Shown here in pieces: positions 23,271 through 35,273 of a stretch of DNA of 64,000 nucleotides (its first letter is position 1; every line of letters begins with the position of its first letter). Location: the NCBI GenBank assembly GCA_036172015.1, contig JAVHSE010000023.1:42266-106265 (forward strand). The letters run 5' to 3'. A model generated the notes under the pieces. It worked only from the letters and a program-made list of their open reading frames with translations. It searched no databases and was not told the origin of the DNA. The position numbers and the translations under genes are program-made. Source of the stretch: Patescibacteria group bacterium (GTDB lineage: Bacteria; Patescibacteriota; Gracilibacteria; BD1-5; UBA6164).

Positions 23271-25913
23271 TTAATATTTTCTTTTTCCACTCAAATTCAT
23301 CCATTCAGGAATATAAATTTCAGATGAAATAATAGTTTCTAATGACTCATTTCCAATAGAATATTTTGTTAATATATCCATATTTATAATATCGTATATA
23401 ATATTATCATTTTTATAATGAGAAGCAATAAAATTTATTAAATTTAAAATAATATTTTTTACCGGAGTAATATTTTTTTCTATTAATAATTCCATTATTT
23501 CTTTTTCAGCAGCTCATATCTCTTTATTAAAACTCCAAAATACATTATAATTTTTAAAATTATTCATAATAAAATTTCTAATAAAATAATCAAGTTTAAA
23601 AAAAGTCGAATTATTCGCTTCTTCAAGAGATACTATTGTATATCAAGGTTGCAATGTATGAGAAAAAAAACTCTCATCATGATATGGGATTTTTTCAATA
23701 ATTATAGTCGTAAAATAATTCGTATTTTCATCATAAATTAATGAGATTTTCGTATCTGTAAACATTTCGCTCAATCTTTTCATCTCAGGAAGTCTGACTA
23801 CTCAAGTATAAGACTGAGTTAATCAATTTTCTAAATTAATACTTCATGGATTTGCTGATTTTGTGACATAATCATAAATTATTTTTTGAAATTCTCTTGG
23901 TCATACATGTGAAGTTGATCTGACTGCTGTTTGAAAATCAATTTTTCATATATGGGAAGTATCTAAATTAAAATCAATAAATTTGGATATATATATTCTT
24001 TCAAAGTATCATTCGAGTAAAAAAAATAAATTATCAATAATATATTTTTTAAGTTTTTCTATTTGAATAGGATTTTTTTGTATATATTGAACTGAGTCAC
24101 TTGACATATCATATTCTCATTCTCAAGAAAACATAACCGTATTATTTCATGTAATAGATGAAATATGAATTTTATGGATATGATTCAATTGAGCTTGTTC
24201 TAAAGCATTTTTAATATTAACAAAAACATCTAATCAAGACATATTTTTATAATTTTCTAAAAATTCTTCAAACAATAAAATAATAACATCTTCAGGAATT
24301 CACATTTTCAGTCATTGCGATTTTAAAGATGGATAAATATCAAAATATATATAATCTCATACTCAATAAAATAAAATATTTTTCCCTTTATATTTTGAAT
24401 AGAGATCTTTTAATAAACTTCCATCTCCCGCTCACCAATCTCTAAAAAAATACACTTCTTTTTTTGGAAAATGTAGTTTTAAAAAATCTATTTGTGCTTC
24501 TAATAATTTTCATACATCTTGAATTCCATAGACATCAGAAACTTTTTCTATTCATCTGTTTACACTCCAATCAGGTTTATCATTCAAGCGAACGAGTCAA
24601 CATTCGGATGATTTCTTTAAAAAGCTAACACTTTCTTTTTTATCATTCAATATAGGATTTGTCATAGCAAGTTTTGAATCTATTTTTTTTCTTACTTCCT
24701 TAATAATTTCTTGAGATAAACTTTCATATGATATATTTTTTTCTATGTTTTTTACTTTGCTATTTTTTTTATGCAATTGAATATAACTTTCTTTAATAGA
24801 TTTGATAAATGCTCATATAACAAATGTATAAAAAGCCTCCCCAATATCTTGTTGGATAATGTCTTGAAATCAAGTTTCAAAATTAAAATTTTCAATGAGT
24901 TTTTCGTGATTTTTATATTGAGCTAAATAAGGGATAATAGCTTCTATATTATTTTGCAAAAATTTTCTATCATCAAAATAACTAATTTCTGGATGAAATT
25001 GAGCAGTAAGTATTTTTCTACTTTGTGTTCCAAATGAAACTGGTGTACCGGTAATTTTATCCCTAATAAGAGGTTTAAGTGTACTAGCATGTCAAGTTTT
25101 TAACACATCTTCATCCACATATCCAGTTCGAGTAAAAAAAGTTGAAAATTCATTATTTGATCCATAATTAGAAAGACCTAATAATGCTTCTTGATAAATA
25201 CTACTCATATATTTATAATTTTGTAATGAACATACCGATGGTCAAAATTGTGCCAACCATCTATATGTTGCTATTACCGATGAAGCATGGCTATTTTTAA
25301 TTCATAAAAAATTAGAAAAAAGTTGATGTCAAAAACAAATTCAAACAGCTCTATTATTTATTTCTGGTGGACAGAAATCATCTCATAAATTTTTTATTAA
25401 TTCAGAAAAAGATCATGAATAATACTTTTTATCAATTCTGTCTGTATCTTGTAAACTTCCTCCAAAAAATAATAAACTATTTGAATTTACCTTAAACAGA
25501 TCTTCATTTGATGGTTTACTCAAATCAAGAGTCCTAACTGAAACAAATCTTTCAAAATTTTTCTCTCAAAGTATTTTTACAAATAATTTGACTAATAAAG
25601 TATTGGTAAAACAATCATCTGCAAATATGACAATATTTTTTGATTCTCCAGTTAATTTTTCTAATTCAAATAAATTTTGAATAATTTTTGACTGGACACC
25701 AGAGAGTATATCTTGATGTGGAAGTCAAATATTTGAATTGAGATCATTTTTATGAAGAATATTATATTTCTTGGTAAGTAAATCAGCAACTCTTTTTTTT
25801 ATTTCTGTTCCAAGTGTTGGTAAAAGTCATAATATATTTAAATAATTAGTGTCTTCTAATGGGTTATTTAAGAGTTTTTCTCCTATTTCTCAGAGATAAA
25901 TTCTATTTGGCAT
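23271..25913 (-). CDS. Large fusion protein: class-I glutamine amidotransferase-like domain plus SAM-methyltransferase-like GxGxG domain plus unassigned regions
   Basis: 880 aa. GATase1 triad context AVGICFGHQLF and TAQFHPE. Later FFRDWGAGDGSLLKDL resembles SAM motif I. Confidence 0.55.
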
Positions 25914-25996
25914 GGTAAAGTATAAATTAAATAAGATTTTATCTTATTTAATTTGAGTTTAAAGTCAAAAAAAAGAGGCTATTATTCCTCTTCTAT

Positions 25997-26767
25997 TTAT
26001 TTATAATTTAAAAAATATTTTTTGTAGTATTCTTTTATAGATTCTAAATTATATAAAACTTTTTCATCTATTCATACTCATATTTCAGAAGGCTTTACTT
26101 TCAGAGAAAAAAATCAATTGTATCAAGAAATTTTTAATTTCATTAAAAAACTTTCAATCGGTAGATATGAAACTCAACCTCAAGAAGCTCATGGTAATAA
26201 TCCATCTTTTATTCAAATTTTATCATTGAGATAGACATGAGTTAAAGTATTTCATAAAATAGCTTGAGCTTTTGCCAAATCGATGCCAGATAATTTATCT
26301 ATATTTCATAAATTTAATGCTGTATCTCCAGTTACTTTTTTTATATCAATTAAATTAATATTTCTATATTCGGGAATAATAAATAACATAAATTTTTGTT
26401 CTACATTTTGTAAAGTGACTTTAATATTGAGATCTTTTTTTATTTTTACTAAATATTCAGTAAAAAAATTCATATTTTTATCAGAAATATGCGGAGGAAA
26501 AAAATTTAAAACCTGGATTTTTAAAGTTTTTGCAATCAAAACTATTGTATCTATTTTTTCTTTATTTAAACCAATTTGAGGTGCTGTTATAGATAAAATA
26601 GGTATATCAAAAGCATCTTGTAGTCATTTTAGATAATTTACATCCAATGTATCAAAATCTTTTTCATCAATTATTAGATCAATTCCATCATATTTTGCTT
26701 TTTTAACTAAAGTAAATATTTTATGTAATCAATATCATTTTAAACTTGAAGTTGATAATAAAAGCAT
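25997..26767 (-). CDS. Xylose-isomerase-like TIM-barrel (sugar phosphate isomerase/epimerase) family protein, tentative
   Basis: 256 aa, MLLLSTSSLKGYGLHKIFTLVKKAKYDGIDLII.... General resemblance only. Confidence 0.4.
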
Positions 26768-26773
26768 AGAAAG

Positions 26774-26793
26774 TAATTAATTAATTAATTAAT
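26774..26793. repeat. Tetranucleotide SSR (TAAT)5
   Basis: Five perfect units, 7 bp upstream of the start codon of CDS 25997-26767. Confidence 0.9.
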
Positions 26794-26842
26794 AATTTAT
26801 TTTTGCTTATTATATAAGAAAATGAGAAAAAATACAAAAATA

Positions 26843-28105
26843 TTATATTTTTTCTCTTCCTCACATAAATAATCTTAATACTTCTGGAATTATTACATCT
26901 CAATCTTTGGTTTGATAATTTTCAATAATAGCAATTAAACATCTAGAAAGAGCTATAACAGTACCATTTAAAGTATGAATATATTGAGTTTTTCCCAAAG
27001 AATTTCTATATCGTATTCCAAGTCTTCTTGATTGATAATCACCAACATTACTACAACTCGTTACTTCTCTATATTTATTTTGACCCGGCATCCAAGCTTC
27101 TAGATCATATTTTTTCATCGCAGGATTTCCAAGATCTCATGAACAAATATTTAATTTTTGATACGGAATTCAGAGTCATTGCCAAATTTCTTCTTCTAAA
27201 GCAACCATTTCATTATGTAATTTTTGACTTTCTTCAGGCTTACAAAAACACACCATTTCTATTTTATCAAATTGATGTCCTCTTAAAATTCATCTCATAT
27301 CTTTTCCAGCACTTCCAGCTTCTTTTCTAAAACAAGAACTATAGGCAGCATATTTCATAGGGTGGTCTAAATTTTCAAAAATTTCTCAAGAATGATAGGA
27401 AGTTACCGGGACTTCAGAAGTTCAAACGAGATATAAATCATCATCATTTTCATTGACTCTATAAACACCATCCTCTCAAGCTGGTAAAAATCAAGTACCA
27501 AACATAGCTTCTTGTCTTACTAAAACAGGAGGTAAAATAGGACTAAATCATTTAGTTGCTAATAAAGATAATGCATATTGAATAACAGCAAATTGTAAAA
27601 AAACGAGATCTCATTTTAAATACCAAAATCTTGCTCCAGAAATTTCAGCTCATTTTTCAGTATCAATCCATCATTTTTTTTCTCAAATTTCAAAATGTGT
27701 TTTTGGTTCAAAATCAAATTTTGTTGGTTCTTTAAATTTTGACTCTACTTGATTTCCACTATCATCTGGTCAAATAGCAGTTGTTGGATCTAATAGATTT
27801 GGGAGTCTATAAAGAATTTGATTATATTCGATTTCTAAATTCTTTATTTCTTCCACCAATCATTTTTCTTTTTCTCATAAAGATTTTAATTCAGATAATT
27901 TTATGATTTTTTCTTCTGAGGAAAATGTTTGCATTGATTTTGAAAAGATATTTTTTTCATTTTTTATCTGATCCAAAGATTGATTCAATGCAATAAGTTT
28001 TTTGTCTCTCTCTAAAAACTCATCTAAATCTATATTAAGATTTCTGTTTTTTATATTTTCTTTCATCATCTCAGGATTACTTCTCATTAATTTTAAATCC
28101 ACCAT
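26843..28105 (-). CDS. serS: Serine--tRNA ligase
   Basis: 420 aa. N-terminal coiled-coil arm [22 protein letters not shown]... C-terminus ..[26 protein letters not shown] is reached by reading TGA 26900-26902 as Gly. Confidence 0.9.
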
Positions 28106-28173
28106 ATCATATAAAGTTTAATATTAAATTAGATGTAGTTTATTTATTTTTTATAAAATTCAAAAAAATAAAA

Positions 28174-28199
28174 AAAATTCTTCATTTCTGAAGAATTTT
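28174..28199 (-). terminator. Rho-independent terminator after rpsU
   Basis: aaaattcttca-tttc-tgaagaatttt, with a long T-tract downstream on the minus strand. Confidence 0.65.
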
Positions 28200-28206
28200 T
28201 TATGAA

Positions 28207-28407
28207 TTAAAAATATACTTTGTTATTTAGCTCTCTATACTTTGTTTTAATTATAGCTTTTTCTCTTATTTTTCTCGTACTTAAACCTCTCACTGCATAT
28301 CTTTCAGCTTTTAATTTATTTGCAATTCTAGATTGGAAAAATAATTTTTTATATCTGAGAATCAATTTTTCATTGGTTTCTCCATCATTTCTAATAGTGT
28401 ATATCAT
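28207..28407 (-). CDS. rpsU: 30S ribosomal protein S21
   Basis: 66 aa and basic. ..EKLILRYKKLFFQSRIANKLKAERYAVRGLSTRKIREKA.. matches the bS21 pattern. Confidence 0.6.
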   Translation of the reverse strand: MIYTIRNDGETNEKLILRYKKLFFQSRIANKLKAERYAVRGLSTRKIREKAIIKTKYRELNNKVYF

Positions 28408-28527
28408 AATTTCTATCTCCTTAAGATAGTTAATATTAAAGTGTGATTATTGTATTTAAAAATTAAATTTGTCAAATAAAAAGTATTAAATACAATACTT
28501 AAAATTAATTTCTATAATCGATATACT

Positions 28528-28875
28528 ATGAACCAAGATAAACTAAAAAAAATGAATGCTCTTTTAAGAAATATAGTGAGCACTTCCCTTTATGAACATA
28601 CTTTTGAAATACAAAGTAATTTTGATATCATAACAGTAATGAGTGTAAATCTCGCTCCTGATATGTCATATCTAGATATATATGTAAGTTCCATGAAAAA
28701 TAATGAGCTTCTTTGCAAATCTTTAGCAAAATATGCTCAAAAAATAAAAGAAGACATAAATACAAAAATAATACTCAGAAAAACTCCAATAATTAGATTT
28801 AGATATAATGATGAAATGGAATTTGCTACTCAATTAATATCCAAAATAAATCATTTAGAAATAAAAGATATTTAA
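28528..28875 (+). CDS. rbfA: Ribosome-binding factor A
   Basis: 115 aa, no internal TGA. ..ITVMSVNLAPDMSYLDIYVS.. and ..LRKTPIIRFRYND.. are typical of RbfA. Confidence 0.8.
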   Translation: MNQDKLKKMNALLRNIVSTSLYEHTFEIQSNFDIITVMSVNLAPDMSYLDIYVSSMKNNELLCKSLAKYAQKIKEDINTKIILRKTPIIRFRYNDEMEFATQLISKINHLEIKDI

Positions 28876-28893
28876 TATAAATAAAAGAAAAAA

Positions 28894-29856
28894 ATGAGAG
28901 AAAGTATAAAAAAATTTTTTAATACTTATATAAAAAAAGTATCTTCTTTGCAATTTAAAAAGAAATTGAGAGAAGAGAAGTCTAAATTATATATAACAAA
29001 TAGCTCTAGTAAAAATTTTCAAACGAAAAGAAATAAATTTCAATTTTTCAAATCAAAACTTGAATTTGAAAATACATTTGAAGAAATAAAAAAAATAAAT
29101 CTATATTATTATATAATTTGAACTTTTTTAATCCTTTCCAGTATATATGTACTCTTTTTTTCGCACTATTTTTCTATAAAAACTATCGATATAATCAGAG
29201 AAGATGATATAATAAATATAGATTTGTCATATAAATCTATAGAAAATATTCGATATAAGCCTATTTTACTCGAAGATAAAGAACTTATAAAAACAAATCT
29301 TTTCGTTCATCAACCAAACATAAAGGATATTTATGTAAGAAAAATATTACCAGATACTATAAAAATACTCATAAGTTCATATAAAAGTGTTTTTATATTT
29401 GAAAAAGAATGAAAAAATTATCTCATCACTGAAAATTGAGTGGTGGTACCAACAAAAATAAAAACAGATATTCCAAAAATAAATATAAAATATAAAAATA
29501 ATTTATCCATTATTGATTATAAACAAATATTTAAAGAAGATTATATCAGAAAAATAAAAACTATTATTGATCTTATGAATCAAAAAAATTCATTTATAAC
29601 TATAAATGAATTGAATTATTATAAAAAAGAATCAGAACTTCATCTCATAAGTAAAGACGGAATTGTGATAATTTTTGATTTAAATAAAGAATCTGAAATA
29701 CAAATAGAAAAACTAAATATTTTTTACAAAAAGTATGTCAATAAATTAAAACTTTGAATTATTTATATAGATCTTAGAGTAAATGAAAAAATATTTTATT
29801 GTTGAATGGAAAATGAATTTCAATGTAGAGTAAATTTAAAAAATATTTATGAGTAA
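28894..29856 (+). CDS. FtsQ/DivIB-like cell-division protein (TM plus POTRA-like domain)
   Basis: 320 aa. Basic N-terminus, TM LYYYIIGTFLILSSIYVLFF, then IKTIDIIREDD... Three standard-code ORFs (28894, 29224, 29440) are in one frame joined by TGA. Confidence 0.5.
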
Positions 29857-29885
29857 AAAAACTAAAGCTTTGCTTTAGTTTTTTT
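29855..29885. terminator. Bidirectional hairpin between convergent genes
   Basis: aaaaaactaaagc-ttt-gctttagtttttt. Confidence 0.6.
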
Positions 29886-30354
29886 ACCATTTTAAGTTAA
29901 TGAATTCTGTATTTTCTACTCAAAGTTCAGCTTTTAGTTTAAAATTTTCTACTTCTTCTTTATGCTGACCAAGAGTATTTAAAAATATATCTTTTCATTC
30001 TCAAAAAGGTATTACGACTCTTGCCTCAATATTTTCTACTATTTTTGGTGAATTTTTAGTTCCAATAATAAGTAATACATCAATATCTCAAAAGAAAGAC
30101 ATGATTTCTTCTTTCATTTCAAAAGATTCTTCCAAAATAACAAGTATAATTTTTCATTCAATTAATAAACTATAAAACAATATATTTTCATATTCTTTTA
30201 CTTCTACTAAAATAGATGATTTTTCATATTCTCATGGAAAATCTATAAGATAATCAGATATTTGAACTGTTTTTTTCGTTACATCTACAAATACTATAGT
30301 ATTATCAGAATTTTTTATATTTACAACATTTTCTTTATTATATATTTCTATCAT
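29884..30354 (-). CDS. Hypothetical protein
   Basis: 156 aa in code 25, MIEIYNKENVV...DFPGEYEKSSILVEVKEY.... No secure motif. Confidence 0.45.
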
Positions 30355-30363
30355 ATTTTAAAA

Positions 30364-30816
30364 TTAAATAAAATAAACTTTATTTTTATTAACAATACTT
30401 GGGAGATCAAATTTCACTTCTAAACTTTTTATTTCATCAAAAGTAACCCATTTATAGCCAGTAAATCTTTCTTCTTTTTGAGGAATAGGATTTGTTTCTC
30501 ACTTATATTTTATTAAAAATAAGTACACATCCTTATCTATTAATGGATTATCTTCTAAATATCCAGCTGTAAATGTATAATTTAATTTCGTAATAAATTT
30601 AATTATTTCTAATTTTTTTATATCGAGTCATGTTTCTTCAGATGTTTCTCTTAAAGCTGTTTGACTTGCTGTTTCTCAATCTTCCATATGTCATTTTGGA
30701 ATAACATATTCAGATTGTCATTTTGAGTTTAACCATTCGAGTAAAAGTATTTCTATTTTATCTTTTGATTTTCGATAGAGTACTCATCCAGAACTTTTTT
30801 CATAAATTTTTGCCAT
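30364..30816 (-). CDS. NUDIX hydrolase
   Basis: 150 aa. Nudix box GHMEDGETASQTALRETSEETG. Confidence 0.85.
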
Positions 30817-30922
30817 AATCATAAAATGAAGGATAATTTATTTTAATATAATAATTTTTAACAAAGTTGCAAACTAATTTTTTTGCAATATAAATTATAA
30901 AAAATACAAATAATATTGATTT

Positions 30923-31657
30923 ATGTATAAAAAACCCTTTTATATTCAAGTACCTCTTGGAAATAATACTTTCAGTTATGACAGAAGAATGAATAAAAAT
31001 CTATTTGTTTCAAATCTTATAGAATGAAATATTGAAAATATTCAATGATGAAACGAAATAGTTTTTGAAGACTATGATTTTGATAATAATCTTATGAGTG
31101 CAAAATGATTAAAAAATTTTTATCAACTCAAATGGAATCAAAAAGACATATATCTTTTTGATAATCATAACCATGCTTTTTATTTTTGGAATCAAGCAAG
31201 AATACAGTGAATAATTTGAAAAAATTCTCTTTTATATCATATAGATGAACATTCTGATATGAGAAAACCTGAAAGAATGTTGGATAAAAAATACATAGGA
31301 AATATGCAAAAAATATTTGAATATACAAATTTTGAACTCAATGTTTGAAATTATATAATTCCAGCAATAGAAATTTGATGTATAAATGAAGTAATTCAAA
31401 TACGAAATGAAAATAATTTACTGGATTATGAAAAACAGAAAAAAATAATTCATAATGATATAATTTTGAATTTAGATTTAGATTTTTTTGAACCAAATTT
31501 GGATTATATTGATTATAATTTGAAAAAAAAAGTCATACTTGATATTGCAAAAAAAGCAAAAATTATTACCGTAGCGAGTAGTCCATTTTTTATAAATCAG
31601 GATTTAGCAATAAAAGTTTTTAAAGATTTATTTTTTAACAATGAAAAATATGTATAA
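30923..31657 (+). CDS. UPF0489-family protein
   Basis: 244 aa. LFDNHNHAFYFW, HIDEHSDM and LDLDFF match my recollection of the UPF0489 (C5orf22-like) signature. Confidence 0.5.
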
Positions 31658-32150
31658 TTCTATTAAAAATATACTCAAAAAGTTAGATATTTCTTTTGAT
31701 GAAATCGATCATGAAAGATCAACAAGTTGTGAACATTCTCAAGAACTCAGATGAAAAGCAGGTTTAGAGGGGATTGGAAGTAAAAATATTATTTTTCATG
31801 CAAAAGGAAAATTTTATCTCGTAACGACACTTGGAGAGAAAGATATAAAAGCCAGAAAATTTAAAGGAGAATTTGGAACCAAAGATATAAGATTTGCGAT
31901 GCAAGATGAAATTAATATGTTATGACTTGGTACTATTGGAAGTATTTCACCCTTTGGTTTTGAAAATCAGGAAGTTCCAATTTTTGTAGATAATGAAATA
32001 TTTACATACGAATATTTTATCTTTAATCCAGCTGATCCCTGTAAATCTATCAGAGTAAAAACAGTGGATTTGAAAAAAATATACGAAACATTGAAAAATC
32101 CAATCAAATTTTTTACTATTACTGAGGAAACTATTACTTTTACAGACTAA
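31641..32150 (+). CDS. YbaK/ProX/EbsC-type aminoacyl-tRNA deacylase domain protein
   Basis: 169 aa. ..KNIIFHAKGKFYLVTTLGEKDI.. and ..GSISPFGF... Overlaps the upstream gene by 17 nt. Confidence 0.5.
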
Positions 32151-32166
32151 AAGATATATTTTAGTC
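32145..32166. terminator. Hairpin gactaaaa-gatata-ttttagtc between convergent genes
   Basis: 8-bp perfect stem overlapping both stop codons. Confidence 0.5.
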
Positions 32167-32838
32167 TATTTTTAATGGATTAAAGTTGGTTTTATAATCA
32201 TAATAATCTTCTCATTCAATCTTTTTTATTTTGTTGATAATAATATAAGTAAAAGGAGTGAAAATAACTTCTATTCAAACCTTAAAGAAATAATTTGAAA
32301 TAATTATACTAAGTAATAAATCGTTTCCAAATAGACCATAAAAAGCAATAGAAACAAAAAGAATAGTATCAAAAAATTCTCAAACGAGTGTTGATCAAAT
32401 AGTTCTTACCCAAAGTTTTTTTCATTTCATCCATATTTTTAATTTTGCCAGTAGGTATGAATTCGTAAATTCCCCAACAAAATATGCAATGAAGCTGGCT
32501 AGAATAATTCTTGGAGCAGCTCCTAAAATATTTTGATAGTCTGTTTGAAATGGCCGATCTTTTGCTCATGGGAGAGCTCAAACTATTATGATAGTAATTG
32601 CCATAAGTATCAAAGCTCAAAATCAAGTCCAAATTATTTTTCTACTTTGTTTGTATCCATATACTTCTGTAATGATATCTCAAATAATATAACTAAGTGG
32701 AAATAAAATAGTTCCTCCATCAAAAGTAAAAAATCAAAAATCAAGTATTTTTGTTGATACAATATTTGAAATTAAAAGAATAGTGACAAAATAAACTGAG
32801 ATCAAAGAAATAAGCTTATAATTTTTATGATTTTCCAT
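32161..32838 (-). CDS. yhhQ: Queuosine-precursor transporter, YhhQ/VUT (DUF165) family
   Basis: 225 aa. ..GGTILFPLSYIIGDIITEVYGYK.., ..FVGEFTNSYLLAKLKIWMKGKKLWVRTIGSTLVGEFFDT... The standard-code ORF at 32369-32632 is in a different, wrong frame. Confidence 0.75.
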
Positions 32839-32847
32839 AGAGTAATG

Positions 32848-33138
32848 TTAATTATGTAATATTTTTATATTCACTTTTGAGTATTTCCATAGCAATACTA
32901 TCGATATATTCTCACATAATATAAGCATCTTCTTTAAAAATTCAAACTTCTCTGAATCAGCATTTTCCAGTTTTGAATTCAAAAATTTTTCTTCTGTTTC
33001 TTTCGTATTATGTCGAATGGGTTGTAAAAATTTAATAATATTTACATTATTTATTGCTGTATACATAACATCAAAATCCTGTTTTTCAGGAATAACGAGA
33101 GATACTCTTTCTCAAGGTACAAAAATAATTCTTTCCAT
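32848..33138 (-). CDS. Short GNAT-like N-terminal fragment (possible gene remnant)
   Basis: 96 aa. MERIIFVPGERVSLVIPEKQDFDVMYTAINNVNIIKFL.. resembles the start of RimJ/RimL-type acetyltransferases but lacks the acetyl-CoA-binding half. Confidence 0.35.
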
Positions 33139-33180
33139 AGTTTTTAAATTAAAAAATAAATTTATTTTTTTGGTGGATTT

Positions 33181-33609
33181 TTAAATTGTATCATATTTCA
33201 TAATAATAGGATCAAGATTATTTTCTTGAGCCCAAATTAATGTATAGTTTAATTTCTCAGGAATAATATCTACTATTATTCGAAAATAAGCTTTTTCATA
33301 ATATTTTTCTAATTCTCTTTTACAAGCTAAAAATAAATTATTCTTTTTATCAAATTTTAATCATATTAGATCTTCAATAATCGTAATTCAAAGTTTTTTT
33401 CATCGATAATTTTCATCAACCCAAAGACTTGATATTTCAAAATCATTTCATCATATATTATAAATTCTTCAAAAAGAAATCATTATTTCTCCATCTTTAT
33501 AACAAATAAAATCTTCTTTTTTTATCAAATAATTTGATAATCAAGTTTGATTTATAATTTCTTGAATATATTTATAATCATTTTTTGTGATAGTTTTTAT
33601 TTTTTTCAT
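33181..33609 (-). CDS. GNAT family N-acetyltransferase
   Basis: 142 aa. ..ISSLWVDENYRGKKLGITIIEDL.. is the acetyl-CoA motif A, R-G-x-x-[LI]-G. Confidence 0.75.
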
Positions 33610-33642
33610 ATAATTTATATTTTTTAATGTATATTTTAAAAT

Positions 33643-34128
33643 CTAAATCTTTTTACTCATAGTAATCATTCTATTTCGATATCATAACTTTTCATAAAAA
33701 TGATAAGCTCAAATATTTGGAGCAAAAACATCAACATATATATATTCACAATTCTTTTGCTGAAAATATTTTTCCATTTTATTCATTAAAGTAAGTCATA
33801 ATTTTTGTCATCTATAATTTTCGTCGATAAAAAGCTCTATAATATTTCACATTTTCACATACTTGAATTCATCTTTATACTCATCTTCAGTAAATCATAC
33901 TATTCAAGCTATACATCAAATTACTTTTTTCTCATCATATACGAGGTAAATAATCCCATTATTTTTCTCAATATTATCAAGTAACAACTTTGTATAATCT
34001 TCTCAGTAATTCTCAGTTCTGATATTTAACTCAAATGGATCAATTTTTACTATGTAATCTTGCAATTTTCCCATGCAAAAAATTAAATCTTTCACATTTA
34101 GTGGAGTATATTCTTTTATTTCTAGCAT
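33643..34128 (-). CDS. GNAT family N-acetyltransferase
   Basis: 161 aa. ..IIELFIDENYRGQKLGLTLMNKM.. and ..AYHFYEKLGY... Confidence 0.8.
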
Positions 34129-34138
34129 ATTTTTATAA

Positions 34139-34699
34139 TTATATTTTAATCTGAATTTCTTCCTTAAACTCGGAATTCACTTTATAAAAATGGATATTAT
34201 CAGATGAAATATTTATATTTTTTATTTTTTCTAGTTCATCTATAATTATTTTTTCAATACTGTTTTTATGTATGAAGAATATTTCATAATTCAATATTTT
34301 AAAAAAAGTTATATGTGGAATAAATGAAAAAGTATTGTCTTCAATATCATTTCTTTGAAATTTTTCATGAAAAATATTTCTTATATTTTCAAGGTTATCT
34401 ACTGTTTGAGATGAGAGATAACATAAATATTCTTTTTCATTTCTATAAAAATATTGCAATCCTCAAACAAAAATATCACTCAGAAAAATACTATTTATAA
34501 TATTTTTTATTTCAAAAACCGTTTTACTATCTAGATCTTTTTCAAAATAATACAGTGTAATATGAATTGATAAAATATTTTGAAACGAAATAATATCTTC
34601 AATATCATTTTCTTTTAAATATATCCAAATCTCTCTATATAAATCAGAAAATATTTCTGATTTTAATTTAATTCAAACAAAATGTGATGTAGAAATCAT
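34139..34699 (-). CDS. 2H phosphoesterase superfamily protein (LigT/2'-5' RNA ligase-like)
   Basis: 186 aa with two H-x-T-x motifs, SIHITLYYF and IPHITFFKI. Confidence 0.65.
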
Positions 34700-34742
34700 A
34701 ACCTTATTAATAAAATGTTTTTATAAATACTTTTACTATTTT

Positions 34743-35153
34743 TTATTTTTTAAAATGAAAAGCTAATTTTAAGATATTTTGAAGCCAATCTGGAAAATTA
34801 TTTTTTTCTATTTCATCCAATCATACCCAACTATAAAGAGAATGTTCATAACTTAATTGCACTTCTGGATTGTATTCTAATTGACTGAGAAAAGTAATTC
34901 CAATGATTTGAGTTTCTCACTTTGAAAATGACCAAGTATTGATAGGAAATGCTTTTTGTATTTCAATCCCACTTTCTTCAAAAGTTTCTCTTTTTACTCA
35001 ATCGAGTGGACTTTCTCATAAATTAAGTCTTCCTCAAGGTAAATCATATTGTCCTCAAGCATATTCATCTGTCATACTTCTCACGAGTATGAGAGCTTCA
35101 TTATTATTATTTAATACTACTAATTTTGTAGCAACCTCAATTTTATTCAGCAT
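34743..35153 (-). CDS. NUDIX hydrolase
   Basis: 136 aa from ATG 35153. Nudix box GGRLNLGESPLDGVKRETFEESG. The longer standard-code ORF reaching 35294 would run into the riboswitch. Confidence 0.8.
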
Positions 35154-35273
35154 AGAAATATAAAAAGATATTATTGAATCAATAATATCTTTTTTAAAAA
35201 AATGTAAAAGAAAAAGTAAAGAAATTATTTGCTTTCCAAAAAAATAATATATAATTACCTGGTCCAATATGGA

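Noticed and set aside
35229-35255. A sigma70-like promoter (ttgctt - 15 nt - tataat) for the riboswitch-metK transcript.
   Set aside because: The spacer is short, and such hexamers are abundant in AT-rich DNA. This is not supportable without mapping the transcription start.
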